Of a DNA stretch of 37,827 nt, positions 36,894-37,827 are shown one piece after another. Location: IMG/VR virus record IMGVR_UViG_2534681663_000017, positions 1 to 37,827 of that record; one strand, written 5' to 3'. Position 1 is the first letter of the stretch. Each line of letters begins with the position of its first letter. The DNA comes from a virus. Taxonomy: Duplodnaviria; Heunggongvirae; Uroviricota; Caudoviricetes. Below the pieces are notes generated by a model, which saw nothing but the letters and a program-made list of their open reading frames with translations, was not told the DNA's origin and did not search any database. Position numbers and translations under genes: made by a program.

Positions 36894-37162
36894 GGAGGCT
36901 AACTTCTTGTTTACTAGTAAGCTGTTGAAAGAAATGGTAATTTACGATAATGTTTTTTACCAGAATTCAGGGCGCAGATTCATTCAGCGCACCTAAACGA
37001 TAGTAAAGTAACAATATATTTTACTAGTGTAATCACATTAGGTATCAACGGCTATATGAATTGCGTTGGCCTATATTAGCATGGAATGCGAAGCGGCTTT
37101 ATCTTACTGAACGCCACACTGGCGAAAAATGTGTTCGATAGACGCAGTGTCAGGAGGAACGA

Positions 37163-37540
37163 GTGAAACATAAACAACGTTGGGCGGGGGCAATCTGCTG
37201 TTTTGTCCTCTTCATTGTGGTGTGCCTTTTTCTGGCGACGCACATGAAAGGCGCTTTTCGGGCTGCCGGGCATCCTGAAATCGGCTTGCTATTTTTCATT
37301 CTTCCTGGAGCAGTTGCCAGTTTCTTTTCACAGCGTAGAGAAGTCCTGAAACCTCTATTTGGCGCAATGCTGGCGGCACCCTGTTCAATGCTCATTATGC
37401 GGCTGTTTTTTTCACCGACGCGCTCATTCTGGCAAGAGCTGGCATGGTTACTAAGCGCGGTGTTCTGGTGTGCGCTGGGGGCACTGTGTTTCTTATTTAT
37501 CAGTAGTTTGTTTAAACCACAGCACAGAAAAAATCAGTAA
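37163..37540 (+). CDS. ybjM: Inner membrane protein YbjM
   Basis: 125-aa multi-TM ORF, GTG start with AGGAGG upstream; order ybjL-ybjM-grxA matches E. coli K-12 as recalled. Confidence 0.75.
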   Translation: MKHKQRWAGAICCFVLFIVVCLFLATHMKGAFRAAGHPEIGLLFFILPGAVASFFSQRREVLKPLFGAMLAAPCSMLIMRLFFSPTRSFWQELAWLLSAVFWCALGALCFLFISSLFKPQHRKNQ

Positions 37541-37559
37541 AGCCCTCAACGCGAGGGCT
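37541..37559. terminator. Bidirectional terminator hairpin between ybjM and grxA
   Basis: AGCCCTC-AACGC-GAGGGCT with an A-tract on the 5' side (T-tract for the grxA strand). Confidence 0.5.
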
Positions 37560-37569
37560 TGTCAGACGA

Positions 37570-37827
37570 TCAGGCGTCCAGATTTTCTTTCACCCATGCA
37601 GCAAAATCGGTATAGCCGCCGATATGTTGCTGATCGACAAAAATCTGCGGCACGGTTTCTACGGGTTTACCTGCCTTTTGTTGTAGATCTTCTTTAGTGA
37701 TCCCTTCCGCACGAATATCTACATACTGATACTGAAAATCATCGCGTTCATTGCTCAATTTCTCAGCCAGATCTTTTGCACGCACACAGTAAGGGCAACC
37801 CGAACGACCAAAAATAACGGTTTGCAT
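37570..37827 (-). CDS. grxA: Glutaredoxin 1
   Basis: 85 aa, MQTVIFGRSGCPYCVRAKDLAEKL... with CPYC active site; the start codon is the last three bases of the window. Confidence 0.9.
   Translation of the reverse strand: MQTVIFGRSGCPYCVRAKDLAEKLSNERDDFQYQYVDIRAEGITKEDLQQKAGKPVETVPQIFVDQQHIGGYTDFAAWVKENLDA

Noticed and set aside
1-37827. Search for CRISPR arrays, rRNA and tRNA genes
   Set aside because: No regularly spaced direct repeats with unique spacers were seen, and no rRNA-like or tRNA-like motif (e.g. GGTTCGAATCC T-arm) in the intergenic regions, including both prophage ends.

Overview
The window is almost entirely one P2/186-family temperate myovirus prophage (about 1 to 35,000), followed by three host genes in the order known from E. 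coli K-12 (ybjL, ybjM, grxA). The prophage reads: integrase, a 186-type immunity switch (cI, apl/cox-like, cII), early genes (TraR/DksA zinc finger, Dam methylase, replication initiator A), a LexA-box-controlled DinI/Tum-like module, an AT-rich cargo region, portal Q and terminase P (minus strand), then O-N-M-L-X, a lysis cassette with embedded spanins, R-S, V-W-J-I-H, a Gin/Hin-type invertible tail-fibre segment with its invertase, and FI-FII-E/E'-T-U-D-ogr. Three visibly AT-rich cargo insertions interrupt this conserved backbone and are the best candidates for undescribed anti-phage functions: (1) a two-gene operon between a cos-like site and the portal gene (273-aa soluble protein plus 231-aa two-TM protein); (2) a standalone 401-aa SIR2-like protein between S and V; (3) a 176-aa minus-strand ORF at the position P2 uses for old/tin. 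No rRNA, tRNA or CRISPR array was found. All calls rest on reading the ORF translations and the DNA by eye; no database search or computation was run, and the prophage ends (att sites) are not resolved.
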